This document shows positions 9,896-19,337 of a stretch of DNA of 64,000 nucleotides, in pieces (the first letter of the stretch is position 1; every line of letters starts with the position of its first letter). Under the pieces are notes generated by a model that saw only the letters and a program-made list of their open reading frames with translations, had not been told where the DNA came from and ran no database searches. The DNA is from an uncultured virus (IMG/VR IMGVR_UViG_3300042540_001084). Taxonomy: Duplodnaviria > Heunggongvirae > Uroviricota > Caudoviricetes. Location: IMG/VR virus record IMGVR_UViG_3300042540_001084. One strand, given 5' to 3'. The translations under genes and the position numbers were made by a program.

Positions 9896-10191
9896 TGAAA
9901 ATCATCATCACAGAGAGACAATACAATATGTTAAGACTACAACGAAGATTGGGGTATGTCGATGAACACATAAGTGACTTGGACCGTGATTCTGTTTGTG
10001 ATTATTGGAGTAAAGATGAAATTAGAGAATATGTTGATTCATCAATGGCAAATATTGTCGAACAATTATGTGAACAAATTGGTAATGATGATTTATATGA
10101 GTATATCTATCAATATCTTATTGACAATGGGTATCAATCACAATTTAGGGATTTCTTTATTCACACCTACGATAACTATTGTTCAAAATAA
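9895..10191 (+). CDS. hypothetical protein with MKIIITE leader
   Basis: 98 aa, TAATG overlap with the upstream stop; N-terminus MKIIITERQY. Confidence 0.7.
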   Translation: MKIIITERQYNMLRLQRRLGYVDEHISDLDRDSVCDYWSKDEIREYVDSSMANIVEQLCEQIGNDDLYEYIYQYLIDNGYQSQFRDFFIHTYDNYCSK

Positions 10192-10200
10192 TTATAATAT

Positions 10201-10614
10201 ATGAAAATACTAATTACTGAATCACAATTTGAATCTGCCTTTTTAGGTAAAAGAGTTATGGTGTATTATAACCTACACAAACATACTTTTTCAGTAACGT
10301 TTGATGGTAAGGTTATTATGCACGCCGACTTTGTAAAATTAAGTGATGTGGAGTTCAGAGTTAGAAAGGGTGGTAGAGACCGAGTTCGTCGTGAAAAATC
10401 AAAAAATGTTCACGCATTTGTTATTGGTTACTTGGAAGATTTTTGTCAATACCCTTGTGAAAATATCCCTAAAGAACCAAACGGTATTGTTGTAACATAT
10501 AAGCCCGATGTTTATGACTCATTTGTTTACAAAGATACTGAAGAACCAGTATTTCACGCCAATGCGGTTGATATGGTAAATCGTAAAAATAAAATTTTTA
10601 TTGTTAATAACTAA
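10201..10614 (+). CDS. conserved phage hypothetical protein with MKILITE leader
   Basis: VYYNLHKHTFSV and GRDRVRREKSKNVHAFVIG recall a widespread uncharacterised phage family. Confidence 0.7.
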   Translation: MKILITESQFESAFLGKRVMVYYNLHKHTFSVTFDGKVIMHADFVKLSDVEFRVRKGGRDRVRREKSKNVHAFVIGYLEDFCQYPCENIPKEPNGIVVTYKPDVYDSFVYKDTEEPVFHANAVDMVNRKNKIFIVNN

Positions 10615-10615
10615 T

Positions 10616-11659
10616 ATGGGGTTCCCAAAGCAAATAAAACCAAACATAGATTTAGTTCCACCAAAAATTTTATCCGAAAGAAGACGAGAACTTCTTGAGT
10701 ATATTCAAAAAGATGGGACATATCTACCAAAGTCCGTATTACACGCTGATTTGGATAGGGGTATGCTCGATTTTGTTAAGGATTCTTTAAAACTTGTTGT
10801 TGAGGGTAAAACAGTTCCTGTTATTGATAAAATTATCACAACACAAAATTGGTCACAGTTTACTGAAACTTGGAACTTCAAAGACCCTGACTTCAATACG
10901 AACCCACCATTTATTACAACAGTTAGAAATCCTGAAGTTAAATACGGAACCAATCCATCCACACAGTATACTATTCCAAATAGAAAACAATTTTATTATG
11001 CTACAGTTCCTACTTGGAACGGAAACGTAAAAGGGTATGATGTTTATACAATCCCCCAACCTGTTCCTGTGGATATAAAATATAGTGTAAAAATAATCTG
11101 TAATAGAATGAGAGAGTTAAACACATTTAATAAAAATGTGATGCAAACTTTTTCATCAAGACAGGCATATACCTTTATTAAAGGTCAGTATGTTCCAATC
11201 ATTATGGATAACGTTACGGATAATTCTGTTATGGATTTGGACAAAAGAAAATATTATGTCCAAAGTTATGATTTTACAATGTTAGGTTACTTGATTGACG
11301 AAGAAGAGTTCCAAGTAAAACCCGCGGTTAGTAGAGTATTAGAATTATTTGAAGTTGATGCAAGTTTGGCAAATGCTAAACGAGCAGAGATTATGCCACC
11401 AAACCCAAATGAATTTCCATTCAATTTTATTTACACATCGGGTAATACAAGTTTAAGTGATATTGTTGATTACCGAATTGATTTAAATTTAATGGGTACA
11501 ACAAATGTTGATTCATTTGATGTTTACATAAATGGCGATTACTATGGTTCTGATTTAGACTTAATCCAACTCAACACAAATGATATTATTTTGATTGAGG
11601 TTAATAAAGAAACTGTTGGTCAAGAAGCAAATATAGACTTTGTTGCCAAGTTGGTTTAA
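10616..11659 (+). CDS. tail completion/terminator-like structural protein
   Basis: Lies just before the sheath gene; PVPVDIKYSVKI...ELN and YDFTMLGYL resemble gp15-type tail terminators. ATG at 10616 follows the upstream stop. Confidence 0.5.
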   Translation: MGFPKQIKPNIDLVPPKILSERRRELLEYIQKDGTYLPKSVLHADLDRGMLDFVKDSLKLVVEGKTVPVIDKIITTQNWSQFTETWNFKDPDFNTNPPFITTVRNPEVKYGTNPSTQYTIPNRKQFYYATVPTWNGNVKGYDVYTIPQPVPVDIKYSVKIICNRMRELNTFNKNVMQTFSSRQAYTFIKGQYVPIIMDNVTDNSVMDLDKRKYYVQSYDFTMLGYLIDEEEFQVKPAVSRVLELFEVDASLANAKRAEIMPPNPNEFPFNFIYTSGNTSLSDIVDYRIDLNLMGTTNVDSFDVYINGDYYGSDLDLIQLNTNDIILIEVNKETVGQEANIDFVAKLV

Positions 11660-11820
11660 TCCTCTCCGTAGATATCTTTTTTTTCTTTACACTTTTCGGC
11701 AATTAAGTTTTCCAAAAACTTATAAATCTTTAAACCGTGTTTTTCACAGTGTTTTTTTAACATTGTGTGTGCTTCAACAGAAATCTTTAAATTCTTTATT
11801 TTATGAGGTGTTTTGTCCAT
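11656..11820 (-). CDS. ribbon-helix-helix DNA-binding protein (54 aa)
   Basis: Not in the ORF track: MDKTPHKIKNLKISVEAHTMLKKHCEKHGLKIYKFLENLIAEKCKEKKDIYGED; strand KNLKIS, helix, G turn, helix pattern. Confidence 0.7.
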   Translation of the reverse strand: MDKTPHKIKNLKISVEAHTMLKKHCEKHGLKIYKFLENLIAEKCKEKKDIYGED

Positions 11821-11842
11821 AAGGCAGAATAAAGGCAGAATA
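11821..11842. repeat. 11-bp tandem direct repeat AAGGCAGAATA x2, candidate operator
   Basis: Perfect copies at 11821-11831 and 11832-11842, abutting the RHH start codon. Confidence 0.7.
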
Positions 11843-11900
11843 AATTCTTACCGTTTACAAATACATATTCAAAAGTCAAGTTTTTTGTGTTTTAATCAAA

Positions 11901-11907
11901 TATTTAT
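11901..11907 (+). promoter_or_regulatory. TATTTAT putative phage (late) promoter of the sheath gene; representative of about 16 copies
   Basis: The same heptamer lies in sense orientation shortly before many gene starts (see findings). Confidence 0.65.
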
Positions 11908-11944
11908 GATAAAAATAAATTCATTTTTAGAAAAGAATAACTAA

Positions 11945-14900
11945 ATGGCAACAGCACAAGCAAATCAAAAGGTTTTCGTCTCACCCGGCGTTTATACTTC
12001 AGAAACAGACTTATCTTTCGTAGCACAAAGCGTAGGTGTTACAACTTTGGGATTAGTTGGGGAGACTTTAAAGGGTCCAGCCTTCGAACCAATCTTCATT
12101 ACAAATTACGATGAATTCCAAACATTTTTTGGTGGAACAGAACCAGTAAAATTTATCGGAACTCAAATCCCTAAATATGAGGCGGCTTACATTGCAAAGT
12201 CTTACCTACAACAATCTAACCAATTATTCGTAACAAGAATTTTAGGTTTGTCAGGGTATGATGCTGGTCCATCTTGGTCAATTAGATTAATTGCCAATGT
12301 TGATGGAACAACTGTTGGAATTGACACAGGATATGCTATCCCTCAAAACTTTACTGCAAACTTTAGTGGATATTCATCAGGTAGTACGATTACATTCACA
12401 TCGTCATTACCTTCAGTGTTATCTAATGAGTTGAATGTTCAGTATACATTAGCGGATGGTTCAACATCAACTTATAATTCAGACATCACATCGTTTGTAC
12501 AAAGTATATCAGGTAATACAAATCTTTCAGCAACAACTGCAGTTGTTTACGGAGCAATCCCAACAACAGGTTATACAAACCTTGATGGAACATTTACAGG
12601 TTTAACTAACCAATTTGGTTGTGATAGTATTGATTTGGAAGCTAACGATTTAACTGACGGAAACAACGACACTTGGTTCTACGCAGCATTCAATCCAACA
12701 ACAGGTAATGGTTACTCAGGTTATTCTTGGGATTATGCGGTTTCAAATTACTTTACAGGCGCTTCGGGAACATTCTACGGAACATTGTCAGGTAGTATCT
12801 ACACTTATAGTGGTACTGCTTATACAGATTACAATAACTTGGTTGTTGCAACTCTACGTTCAAGAGGTATTTCAATCTATGACGCTAACGACCACGGTAT
12901 GACTTACCAAGTTACAGGTCTTACAGATTTACAAATGGTTACAACAGGCGCATACTCAGGTATATCACAAAGTCCTTTTGCAACATTCCAATTGAGTGGG
13001 GCAACTTATCAAGGTTCAGGATTTACATTTGATGTATCATTCCAATCAAATAATTCAAATTATATTACAAAAGTATTAGGTGTGACAAACTTCTTCAAAC
13101 CAAGAACTCAAGTTCCTGTATTTGTTGAGGAGTCTTACCCTGGTCTTTTAAACTATGGTTATAATAAAGGTTACATTAGAGGTATTCAGCCAGAAATGGT
13201 TGCTTTACCTGAAGCGAGAGATACTTCATCTACAACGACAATCGCTTGGTACCTTGATAGATATCAAACACCTAAAACACCTTATGTTGTATCTGAATTA
13301 AGAGGTAACAAGGTTTACAAATTATTTAGATTTGTTTCTATCTCTGATGGTAACTCAGCTAACACAGAAGTTAAAATTTCAATTGCTAACCTTTCGTTCA
13401 GTAATATGACATTTGACATCTTAGTTCGTGATTTCTTTGACACAGATGCTAATCCTGTTGTTTATGAAAAATACACAAACTGTACGATGGACCCGGGTTC
13501 AAACAGTTTCGTAGCTAAAAAAGTTGGTTCATCAGATGGTGAATATCCTTTAAACTCGGCATATATTATGATTGAGTTATCTGACGAATATGTAATAGAT
13601 GCACTTCCTTGTGGATTCTATGGTTTAGAATCAAGAGTTTACGAAACAGCATCAAATCCATCACCTTTCGCAATAATCAAAAACAAATATTATTATCCAG
13701 GTGAAACAGTATTTGACCCACCATTTGGTACAACTGCAGGTGGTTCTAACATTGTAACCTCATCAGGAGATATCGTAAGAAGAACTTACTTAGGTTTTTC
13801 AAGTTCTTTAGGTATTGATTCTGACTTGTTACAATACAAAGGTAAACAAAATCCTGTTACTAACTGGTACTTGGCTACAGAATCGGCACCTTGGAATTAC
13901 TTAACACAAGGTTTCCATATGGATTCAGGAGCAACAATTGTAACTATCGGTGATGCATTCGTAACTAGTGGACAAGCGGCGTTTGTTTGTGGTGTAGCTA
14001 ATTTCTCTGACGAACCTACAACTCAAGAAAACCCATACTACTTCTTATATTCAAGAAAATACACTATGTGTTTCCAAGGTGGATTTGACGGATGGGATAT
14101 CTATAGAGAGTTTAGAACAAACCAAGACAGATTCGCATTAGGTGCATCAGGTTTCTTACAAGGTGCTTACCCATCAGTTAGATACCCTAACGCTACAGGA
14201 GACGGTACATTTAAAAGAATAGTTGTTGCTAACAACACTCAAGACTTTGCTAACACCGACTACTACGCATACTTACTTGGTATCTTGTCGTTCAACAACC
14301 CTGAATCAACAAACATCAATGTATTTGCAACCGCAAGTATCGATTATGTTAACAATTCTAACTTGTGTGAATTGGCAATCGGAATGGTGTCTAACGAAAG
14401 AGCGGACTCTGTTTACATTGTAACAACACCTGATTACAATATGTATACACCTGACGCTAACAGTCAATTTGAAATTATTTACCCTCAAGAAGCGGTTGAT
14501 AATCTTGACCAAACAGGTATCGACTCAAGTTATACAGCAACGTTCTATCCTTGGATTTTAACAAGAGATACTGTTAACAACACTCAAATCTATCTACCCC
14601 CAACAGGTGAAGTTTGTAGAAACTTAGCATTGACTGATAACATTTCATTCCCTTGGTTCGCATCTGCGGGTTACACAAGAGGTCTTGTAAACTCAATCAA
14701 AGCAAGATTAAAACTAACTCAAGAAGATAGAGATACTCTTTACCAAGGTCGTATCAACCCTATCGCAACTTTCGCAGACGTAGGAACAGTAATTTGGGGT
14801 AACAAAACTCTACAAGTTTCTGATTCAGCATTGAACAGATTGAACGTAAGAAGATTGTTACTACAAGCTCGTAAGTTGATTTCAGCGGTAGCTGTAAGAT

Positions 14901-15145
14901 TATTGTTTGAACAAAACGACGAAATCGTAAGACAACAATTCTTGGATTCTGTAAACCCAATCTTGGATTCAATCAGAAGAGATAGAGGTCTTTACGACTT
15001 CCGTGTAACAGTAAGTTCTTCACCTGAAGATTTAGACAGAAATACATTAACAGGTAAAATTTACTTAAAACCAACGAAGGCACTTGAATTCATCGATATC
15101 GAATTCTTCATTACTCCAACAGGAGCTTCGTTTGAAAATATCTAA
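11945..15145 (+). CDS. contractile tail sheath protein
   Basis: SPGVYTSETDLS, GPAFEP, PWFASAGYTRG, RINPI, WGNKTL, LNVRRLL, LFEQND, KPTKALEFIDIEF. Confidence 0.95.
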   Translation: MATAQANQKVFVSPGVYTSETDLSFVAQSVGVTTLGLVGETLKGPAFEPIFITNYDEFQTFFGGTEPVKFIGTQIPKYEAAYIAKSYLQQSNQLFVTRILGLSGYDAGPSWSIRLIANVDGTTVGIDTGYAIPQNFTANFSGYSSGSTITFTSSLPSVLSNELNVQYTLADGSTSTYNSDITSFVQSISGNTNLSATTAVVYGAIPTTGYTNLDGTFTGLTNQFGCDSIDLEANDLTDGNNDTWFYAAFNPTTGNGYSGYSWDYAVSNYFTGASGTFYGTLSGSIYTYSGTAYTDYNNLVVATLRSRGISIYDANDHGMTYQVTGLTDLQMVTTGAYSGISQSPFATFQLSGATYQGSGFTFDVSFQSNNSNYITKVLGVTNFFKPRTQVPVFVEESYPGLLNYGYNKGYIRGIQPEMVALPEARDTSSTTTIAWYLDRYQTPKTPYVVSELRGNKVYKLFRFVSISDGNSANTEVKISIANLSFSNMTFDILVRDFFDTDANPVVYEKYTNCTMDPGSNSFVAKKVGSSDGEYPLNSAYIMIELSDEYVIDALPCGFYGLESRVYETASNPSPFAIIKNKYYYPGETVFDPPFGTTAGGSNIVTSSGDIVRRTYLGFSSSLGIDSDLLQYKGKQNPVTNWYLATESAPWNYLTQGFHMDSGATIVTIGDAFVTSGQAAFVCGVANFSDEPTTQENPYYFLYSRKYTMCFQGGFDGWDIYREFRTNQDRFALGASGFLQGAYPSVRYPNATGDGTFKRIVVANNTQDFANTDYYAYLLGILSFNNPESTNINVFATASIDYVNNSNLCELAIGMVSNERADSVYIVTTPDYNMYTPDANSQFEIIYPQEAVDNLDQTGIDSSYTATFYPWILTRDTVNNTQIYLPPTGEVCRNLALTDNISFPWFASAGYTRGLVNSIKARLKLTQEDRDTLYQGRINPIATFADVGTVIWGNKTLQVSDSALNRLNVRRLLLQARKLISAVAVRLLFEQNDEIVRQQFLDSVNPILDSIRRDRGLYDFRVTVSSSPEDLDRNTLTGKIYLKPTKALEFIDIEFFITPTGASFENI

Positions 15146-15160
15146 TAAACTACTAATTAT

Positions 15161-15186
15161 AAGTGGGGTTAATCACCCCACTTTTT
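15161..15186 (+). terminator. intrinsic terminator after the sheath gene
   Basis: AAGTGGGGT-taatc-ACCCCACTT followed by T run. Confidence 0.75.
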
Positions 15187-15192
15187 GCCAAT

Positions 15193-16017
15193 ATGAAAAG
15201 AGAATTTAAAGAAGGTATATCAAAACACGGGACACCAGACCTTAAGTATTACGCTTTTGACTGGGATGATAACATTGTCCATATGCCAACTAAAATTATT
15301 TTACAGAGTGAAGATGGTGATGATGTAGAAATGTCTACAGATGATTTCGCCGAATACAGAAGTAAAATAGGAAAAGAAAAATTCGATTACAAGGGTGAGA
15401 CTATTGTAGGATTTTCTGATGACCCATTTAGAAACTTCAGAACACCTGGTGATGGACAGTTTTTAATAGATGCTATGAGAGCTAAACCAGGTCCTGCTTG
15501 GGATGACTTTGTAGAAGCGGTTAACAACGGGTCCATTTTTGCGATAATCACCGCAAGAGGTCATAACCCGAACACAATTAAAGAGGGAGTTTTCAACTAC
15601 ATCATAAACAATTATCAGGGTATAGATAAGGAAAAACTTTTAAAGAACTTAAGAAAATATCGTGAGTTTGCGGGTGAAGAAAAAATGACTGATACACAAC
15701 TTATACGTTCATATTTAGAAATGAATCGTTATAACCCTGTAAGTTTTGGTGATGCGTCAGGAGCTCAAAACCCTGAACAAGCAAAAATAAAAGCTTTAGA
15801 AGATTTTATTTATTATATTAAATCGATGGCTTCTTTACTTAAAGGTAGGGCGACCCTCAAAAAAGACATTGCAAATAAATTTATTCCTGCTGAACCTAAA
15901 ATAGGGTTTTCCGATGATGATTTAAAAAACCTAGAAGCAATTAAAGGATATTTTAAAGACAAAGAAGAAGGATTAACTACTTATTCAACAGCTGGAGGAA
16001 TTAAAAAGCAATATTAA
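15193..16017 (+). CDS. HAD-superfamily phosphatase-like protein
   Basis: Motif I AFDWDDNI, motif II ITARGH, Lys in AKIKAL, motif IV GFSDDDLKN. ATG at 15193 lies after the terminator hairpin (track start 15163 is inside it). Confidence 0.7.
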   Translation: MKREFKEGISKHGTPDLKYYAFDWDDNIVHMPTKIILQSEDGDDVEMSTDDFAEYRSKIGKEKFDYKGETIVGFSDDPFRNFRTPGDGQFLIDAMRAKPGPAWDDFVEAVNNGSIFAIITARGHNPNTIKEGVFNYIINNYQGIDKEKLLKNLRKYREFAGEEKMTDTQLIRSYLEMNRYNPVSFGDASGAQNPEQAKIKALEDFIYYIKSMASLLKGRATLKKDIANKFIPAEPKIGFSDDDLKNLEAIKGYFKDKEEGLTTYSTAGGIKKQY

Positions 16018-16143
16018 ATAAACTGGAAACTAGAACTAGATACAATGCAATAGTAGAAAATTAACCTTTAAAAGTCAATAGGTAAAAAAACTACAAATTG
16101 TATATTTATAGATAAATTAACAAAGTAAAAGAAACAAAGAACA

Positions 16144-16632
16144 ATGGCTGATTTATTAATGAAAATGCCGATACCTTACGAACCTAAAAGAATGAACCGA
16201 TTCATTCTAAGGTTCCCATCATCTTTGGGTATCAACGAATGGTTTGTTGAGAGCGCTGCTCGACCACACATTACAATTAATCCGGTTGAAATACCGTTTT
16301 TAAATACATCTACATTCGTTGCGGGTAGATTTAACTGGCAGACAATTCCGGTAACATTCCGTGACCCAATTGGACCTTCAGCCGCACAAGCTATGATGGA
16401 ATGGGTTCGTTTATGTGCGGAATCAGTAACTGGTCGTATGGGTTATGCTGCGGGTTACAAAAAAGATGTCGACCTTGAGATGTTAGACCCAACAGGTGTT
16501 GTAGTAGAAAAATGGATATTATATGGAACATTCTTAAGTGATGTTAACTTTAACCAGTTGAATTACAGTCAGGATGGATTAGCAACCATTGCAACAACAC
16601 TTAGAATGGACCGTTGTGTGTTAATTTATTAA
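16144..16632 (+). CDS. tail tube protein (T4 gp19-like)
   Basis: YEPKRMNRF, AGRFNWQTIPVTFRD, YKKD...LDPTG..VEKW.LYGTF; position after the sheath. Confidence 0.9.
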   Translation: MADLLMKMPIPYEPKRMNRFILRFPSSLGINEWFVESAARPHITINPVEIPFLNTSTFVAGRFNWQTIPVTFRDPIGPSAAQAMMEWVRLCAESVTGRMGYAAGYKKDVDLEMLDPTGVVVEKWILYGTFLSDVNFNQLNYSQDGLATIATTLRMDRCVLIY

Positions 16633-16667
16633 GAATTGTTTATTTACTTTTTTTTCAATTTATATTT

Positions 16668-16696
16668 AACCGTAGAGCTAAACTCTACGGTTTTTT
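16668..16696 (+). terminator. intrinsic terminator after the tube gene
   Basis: AACCGTAGAG-ctaaa-CTCTACGGTT followed by T run. Confidence 0.8.
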
Positions 16697-16699
16697 ATT

Positions 16700-17440
16700 A
16701 TGGATGAATCAGCACAATATGGACAGATGGAATTTTCATTACCACACGATGTGGTACCGCTACCATCAAAAGGAATTTTTTACAAAAATAAAAAAGACAG
16801 TGTAAAAGTCGGATACCTAACAGCTGCAGATGAAAATATTCTTATGGCTGGTGGTAGAGATATGACATTGAATCTATTAAGAGCCAAAATTTATGAACCA
16901 GGTCTTAGACCTGAAGAATTAATGGAAGGTGATGTTGAAGCGATTTTAATTTTCTTACGTAATACATCTTTTGGTTCTGATATGGAAATTACGGTAACTG
17001 ACCCAAAAACAGGTAACCCATTCAAAACAAATGTTGATTTGAGTGAATTGGATATCAATAAAGGAAAGTCTCCCGATGAAGATGGAACTTGGACCGTTAT
17101 GTTACCAATGTCAGGAAAAAATGTTAAATTAAGACCACTTACATTCGGACAATCAATCGAATTAACAAATCAGTTAAATACATACCCCCAAGGTAGAATC
17201 GCACCAAGAAGAACTTTAAGACTCCAAAGAGAAATTGTCTCAGTGGATGGAAATACTGATAAAGGTGAAATTGCTAAGTTCTCAGAACAAATGCCTTTAG
17301 CAGACTCAAAATTCATAAAGAAATTTATGGATGACAATGAACCCAAATTAGACTTAAGTCGCGTCGTTATAGCCCCGTCAGGAGAAAAGCTCACAGTGAA
17401 TGTTGGGTTTGGGGTTGAATTTTTTCGCCCTTTCTTCTGA
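16700..17440 (+). CDS. tail/baseplate hub assembly chaperone (T4 gp26-like)
   Basis: VPLPSKG, LTAADENIL, GDVEAILIFLRNTSFG, duplicated LPMSG..V.LRPLT; lies between tube and tape measure. Confidence 0.75.
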   Translation: MDESAQYGQMEFSLPHDVVPLPSKGIFYKNKKDSVKVGYLTAADENILMAGGRDMTLNLLRAKIYEPGLRPEELMEGDVEAILIFLRNTSFGSDMEITVTDPKTGNPFKTNVDLSELDINKGKSPDEDGTWTVMLPMSGKNVKLRPLTFGQSIELTNQLNTYPQGRIAPRRTLRLQREIVSVDGNTDKGEIAKFSEQMPLADSKFIKKFMDDNEPKLDLSRVVIAPSGEKLTVNVGFGVEFFRPFF

Positions 17441-17579
17441 ACATAGGCAAACTCAATTAGACGAATTTTATTATATGGCAAAACTTCTTCATATAGGATG
17501 GGGGGAGTTTTTGTCTATGCCCATTTTTTACAGAAAATATCTTTTAAATAAGTGGATTGAGGATAATCAAAAACCATAA
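17421..17579 (+). CDS. second chaperone ORF (gp51/GT-like), probably a +1 frameshift extension of the preceding gene
   Basis: The +1 frame reads FFALSSEHRQTQLDEFYYMAKLLHIGWGEFLSMPIFYRKYLLNKWIEDNQKP* to TAA 17577-17579; in-frame ATGs at 17400 and 17476 are alternatives. Not in the track. Confidence 0.65.
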   Translation, partial: FFALSSEHRQTQLDEFYYMAKLLHIGWGEFLSMPIFYRKYLLNKWIEDNQKP

Positions 17580-17617
17580 AATCAAAGTAGTCCTATTTAT
17601 AGAAAAAAAGAATCGCT

Positions 17618-19300
17618 ATGGGTCAAATGGATGAATTATTTGAAAATTTAGAAAAGTTTTTTAAACCTTTAAAAACTTCCGCTGATATTTTCAACCAAAT
17701 TAGTGATGCTGTTACAAAAACCAATAACGCTTTTGGTGAATCAAGAACAAGGGTTACAGAGTTTTCGACAAGTGTTGCTGATAGTGTAAGAGAGGTTACA
17801 AGACTTGGTGGTACCGCAGCTGATGCTGGTAGGGTAATTGCCCAAGTCGCTGAAGGGTCTCGAAGAAATATGATTGCCACTACCGAAACAATCACAGAAC
17901 TTTATGCCGCTGGTAAATACCTTGATACAGAAGTTCAAAACCTTACAGAATCTTTTGGTAAAGCTGGTATGGAAGCGTCTTTAATCGCTGAACGAACCGT
18001 TGATAGTATAAGTTATATCCAAAGTTTAGGGTTAAATGCTAGGGAAATTATGAAGGACGTTGTAGAGAATATGGATATGATGAACCGATTTAATTTCCAA
18101 GATGGTGTTATGGGTTTAACAAAAATGGCGGCTCAAGCGTCTATGTTGAGGTATGATATGAATAAGACGGCTGAATTCGCGGACTCAGTTATGGACCCTG
18201 AGGGGGCAATAAAAATGGCGTCAACATTTCAAAGACTTGGTGTAACAATGGGGACTTTGGTTGACCCGTTTGCATTAATGGATGCTTCGATTAATGACCC
18301 TGGTAAACTACAAGATAGTATTATCAATATGGCCAAAACATATGCTCAGTTCAACGAAGAAACGCAGAGATTTGAAATTAATCCATATGGGTTAAGAATG
18401 TTAAAGGAAATTGGTCAAGAAACTGGATTGGGGGCAGAAAACTTGAAAAAAGCTGCAATTGCTGCGTTAGATTTAGATACTCGTTTAGCTGATATAAGTT
18501 TTAGTATTGACGCATCTGATGAAGATAAGACTTTAGTCGCTAATTTAGCTAAAAGAGATGAGGGTGGTGAATATATTGTTAAAGTATCTGATGAGGAAGG
18601 ATATAAGAAACTTTCAGAACTATCTCAGGGACAGTTTGAAAAACTTGTAAAACAACAAGAAGATACTCCAAAAACTATGGAGGAAATCGCCTTAAAACAA
18701 TTATCTTTTGACGAACTTCAAACTAATTATTTGAAATCTATGGCAGATGGATTAGCAGCTTCTCTTGTTGGACAAACCTCAGTATTTAGAAACTTAGAAG
18801 GTTTTAGAAGAGTTGGAGAAGACGTGCAAGGGGCGTCTTTTAGTGCTATGGGTAGTTCCCAAGACATTAGAAAAATGTTTGAAGGTGTCGGTGATGATAT
18901 TAGGTCTTTGGTTTATAACGCGGCTCAGAAAAAAGACGCTAAAAGTATCGATGAAGCGTTAAGTGCTATTGAAAGTGCTTATGAAGGTACTAAAGATAAG
19001 TCAGCTGAAATGATGAAAACATTCTTAGCTAACTTGGGAGATAACAAACCTAAGAGTGAGATTGAAGGAATGTATAATAAAACTATTAAAATGATACAGG
19101 ATAGTGTTGGATTGAAGGAAAAAAATGTTAAAATCCAACAAGATGTGTCTATGAATGGTACTGTTAAGTTTCAAGTTGAAACATCTCCAGGAATGACAAG
19201 AAAAGAATTTGAAGATATACTAAACTCAACAGAGTTTAAAAACAAAATCTACCAACAAGTTATTGAAAGTGGTAATAGAGCGATTGTTAAAAACCAATAA
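17618..19300 (+). CDS. tape measure-like protein
   Basis: Helical, Ala/Met/Glu-rich 560 aa in the canonical position after tube and chaperones. Confidence 0.7.
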   Translation: MGQMDELFENLEKFFKPLKTSADIFNQISDAVTKTNNAFGESRTRVTEFSTSVADSVREVTRLGGTAADAGRVIAQVAEGSRRNMIATTETITELYAAGKYLDTEVQNLTESFGKAGMEASLIAERTVDSISYIQSLGLNAREIMKDVVENMDMMNRFNFQDGVMGLTKMAAQASMLRYDMNKTAEFADSVMDPEGAIKMASTFQRLGVTMGTLVDPFALMDASINDPGKLQDSIINMAKTYAQFNEETQRFEINPYGLRMLKEIGQETGLGAENLKKAAIAALDLDTRLADISFSIDASDEDKTLVANLAKRDEGGEYIVKVSDEEGYKKLSELSQGQFEKLVKQQEDTPKTMEEIALKQLSFDELQTNYLKSMADGLAASLVGQTSVFRNLEGFRRVGEDVQGASFSAMGSSQDIRKMFEGVGDDIRSLVYNAAQKKDAKSIDEALSAIESAYEGTKDKSAEMMKTFLANLGDNKPKSEIEGMYNKTIKMIQDSVGLKEKNVKIQQDVSMNGTVKFQVETSPGMTRKEFEDILNSTEFKNKIYQQVIESGNRAIVKNQ

Positions 19301-19337
19301 AAAAATAGTATAGTTTCTATTTATTAAATAAAATAAG

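Noticed and set aside
11640..11822. Plus-strand 60-aa track ORF
   Set aside because: It is the antisense shadow of the RHH gene at 11656-11820.
16021..16040. Short AACTGGA/AACTAGA repeats
   Set aside because: Too short and imperfect to support a function.
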